DNA of 64,000 bases from Mobula hypostoma (Eukaryota). The notes below the pieces were generated by a model. That model made no database searches and was not told the origin of the DNA. It worked only from the letters and a program-made list of their open reading frames with translations. Positions 62,821 to 64,000 of this stretch are shown here, one piece after another. How positions within the stretch are numbered: position 1 is the stretch's first letter; each line of letters begins with the position of its first letter. The DNA is taken from positions 140,556,001 through 140,620,000 of the forward strand of contig NC_086097.1 of the NCBI RefSeq assembly GCF_963921235.1, in the 5' to 3' direction. Both the position numbers and the translations under genes were made by a program.

Positions 62821-64000
62821 TTTGTGCGTGGTAGGTCATGACTAACCAATCTTATAGAGTTTTTCTAGGAAATTGCCAGGAAAGTGGATGAAGGCCGTGG
62901 ATGCTGTCTACATGGACTTTAGTAAGGAATTTGACAAGGTCCAGCGTGGGAGTTCTGGTCAAGACGGTTCAGTTGCTTGGCATTCAGGGTGAGGTAGTGA
63001 ATTGGATTGGACATTGGCTTTGTGGGAGAAGCCAGAGAGTGGTAGTAGAGCCTGTCTGACTGGAGGCCTGTGACTGGTGGAGTGCCGCAGGGATCAGTGC
63101 TAGGCCCTTTGTTGTTTGTCATCCATATCAATGATCTGGATAATAGTATGGTTAACTCGATCAGCAAATTTGTGGATAACACCAAGATTGGGGATGTAGC
63201 GGACAGCAAGGAAGGCTATCATGGCTTGCAGAGGGACCTGTATCAGCTGGAAAAATGGCAGTTGAAATTTAATGCAGACAAGAGTGAGGTTTTGCACTTC
63301 GGTAGGGCCAACCAGGGTAAGTCTTACACAGTAAACAGTAGGGCACTGAGGAGTCTGGTGGAACAGAGAGATCTGAGAATACAGGTCCGTAATTCATTGA
63401 AAGTGGCACCACTGGTAGATAGGGTCATAAAGCTTTCTTATGTTTAAGTTATATAAGAGGTCTGATTTGGAGTACTGTGTGCAACTTTGGTCATCTACCT
63501 ACAGGAAAGATGTAGATAAGATTCAAAGAATGCAGAGAAAATTTACAAGGATGTTGCTGGGTCTGGAAGACCTGAGTTATAAGGAAATATTGAATAGGTT
63601 AGGGCTGTATTCTTCAGAATGTAGAAAATTGAAGGGAAATTTGATAAAGGTACACAAAATTATGAGGGGTTAGATAGGGTAAATACAAGCAGTCTTTTTC
63701 CACTGAAGTTTGATTGGGACTACAACCAGAGGTTATGCGTTAAGGATGAAAAGCAAAAAGTTCAAGGGGATCATGAGGGGAAACTTCTTCACTGAGTGGG
63801 TCATGAGAGTGTGGAATGAGATGCCAGCACAAGTGGTGCTTGCAAGCTCAATTTCAACATTTAAGAGAAGTTTGTACAGGTATATGGATAGTAGGGATAT
63901 GGAGGGCTATGGTCCCAGTGCAAGTCGACAGGAGCAGGAAGTTTAAATGGTTTTGGTATGGGCTAGATGGGCCAAACAGCTTCTTCCTGGGCTGTACTTC

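Larger units (their letters stand above)
60300..64000 (+). mobile_element. Older CR1 LINE (ORF1 start plus internally deleted ORF2) split by a MITE and a younger CR1
   Basis: ORF1-like MPGRTVECSSCGMWEG at 60493; [20 protein letters not shown] up to 60890; resumes 61340-61406 and 62821-64000 ([29 protein letters not shown]). Confidence 0.8.

Noticed and set aside
59605..64000. FKBP9 exons 1-2
   Set aside because: No signal-peptide or first-domain exon was found; the region is CR1 and MITE sequence, so these exons probably lie beyond the window.

Overview
Eukaryotic genomic DNA, not microbial. The repeat content (CR1, Rex/Babar, Penelope-like elements, V-domain SINEs) suggests a cartilaginous fish, probably a ray or shark (inference). 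Two convergent spliced genes are present. NT5C3A (+) has 8 coding exons at 28108-34950 giving 285 aa from MPEFQK, plus a candidate upstream coding exon at 12616-12648. FKBP9 (-) has exons 3-10 at 59604-45893 ending KHDEL; exons 1-2 were not found and probably lie right of the window. The rest is mostly transposon-derived: a full-length decayed CsRn1-lineage Gypsy LTR element, two Tc1 elements, two Tigger/pogo deletion derivatives with internal palindromes, a mariner-type MITE, many CR1 and Rex LINE pieces (several nested), SINEs and Penelope-like fragments. The best leads are a repeated minimal hammerhead-ribozyme motif in the Penelope ends, a likely internal promoter and alternative N-terminal exon of NT5C3A, and a cN-IIIB-like Trp-Trp in the NT5C3A base-binding pocket. 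All calls were made by eye; no alignments or database searches were run.
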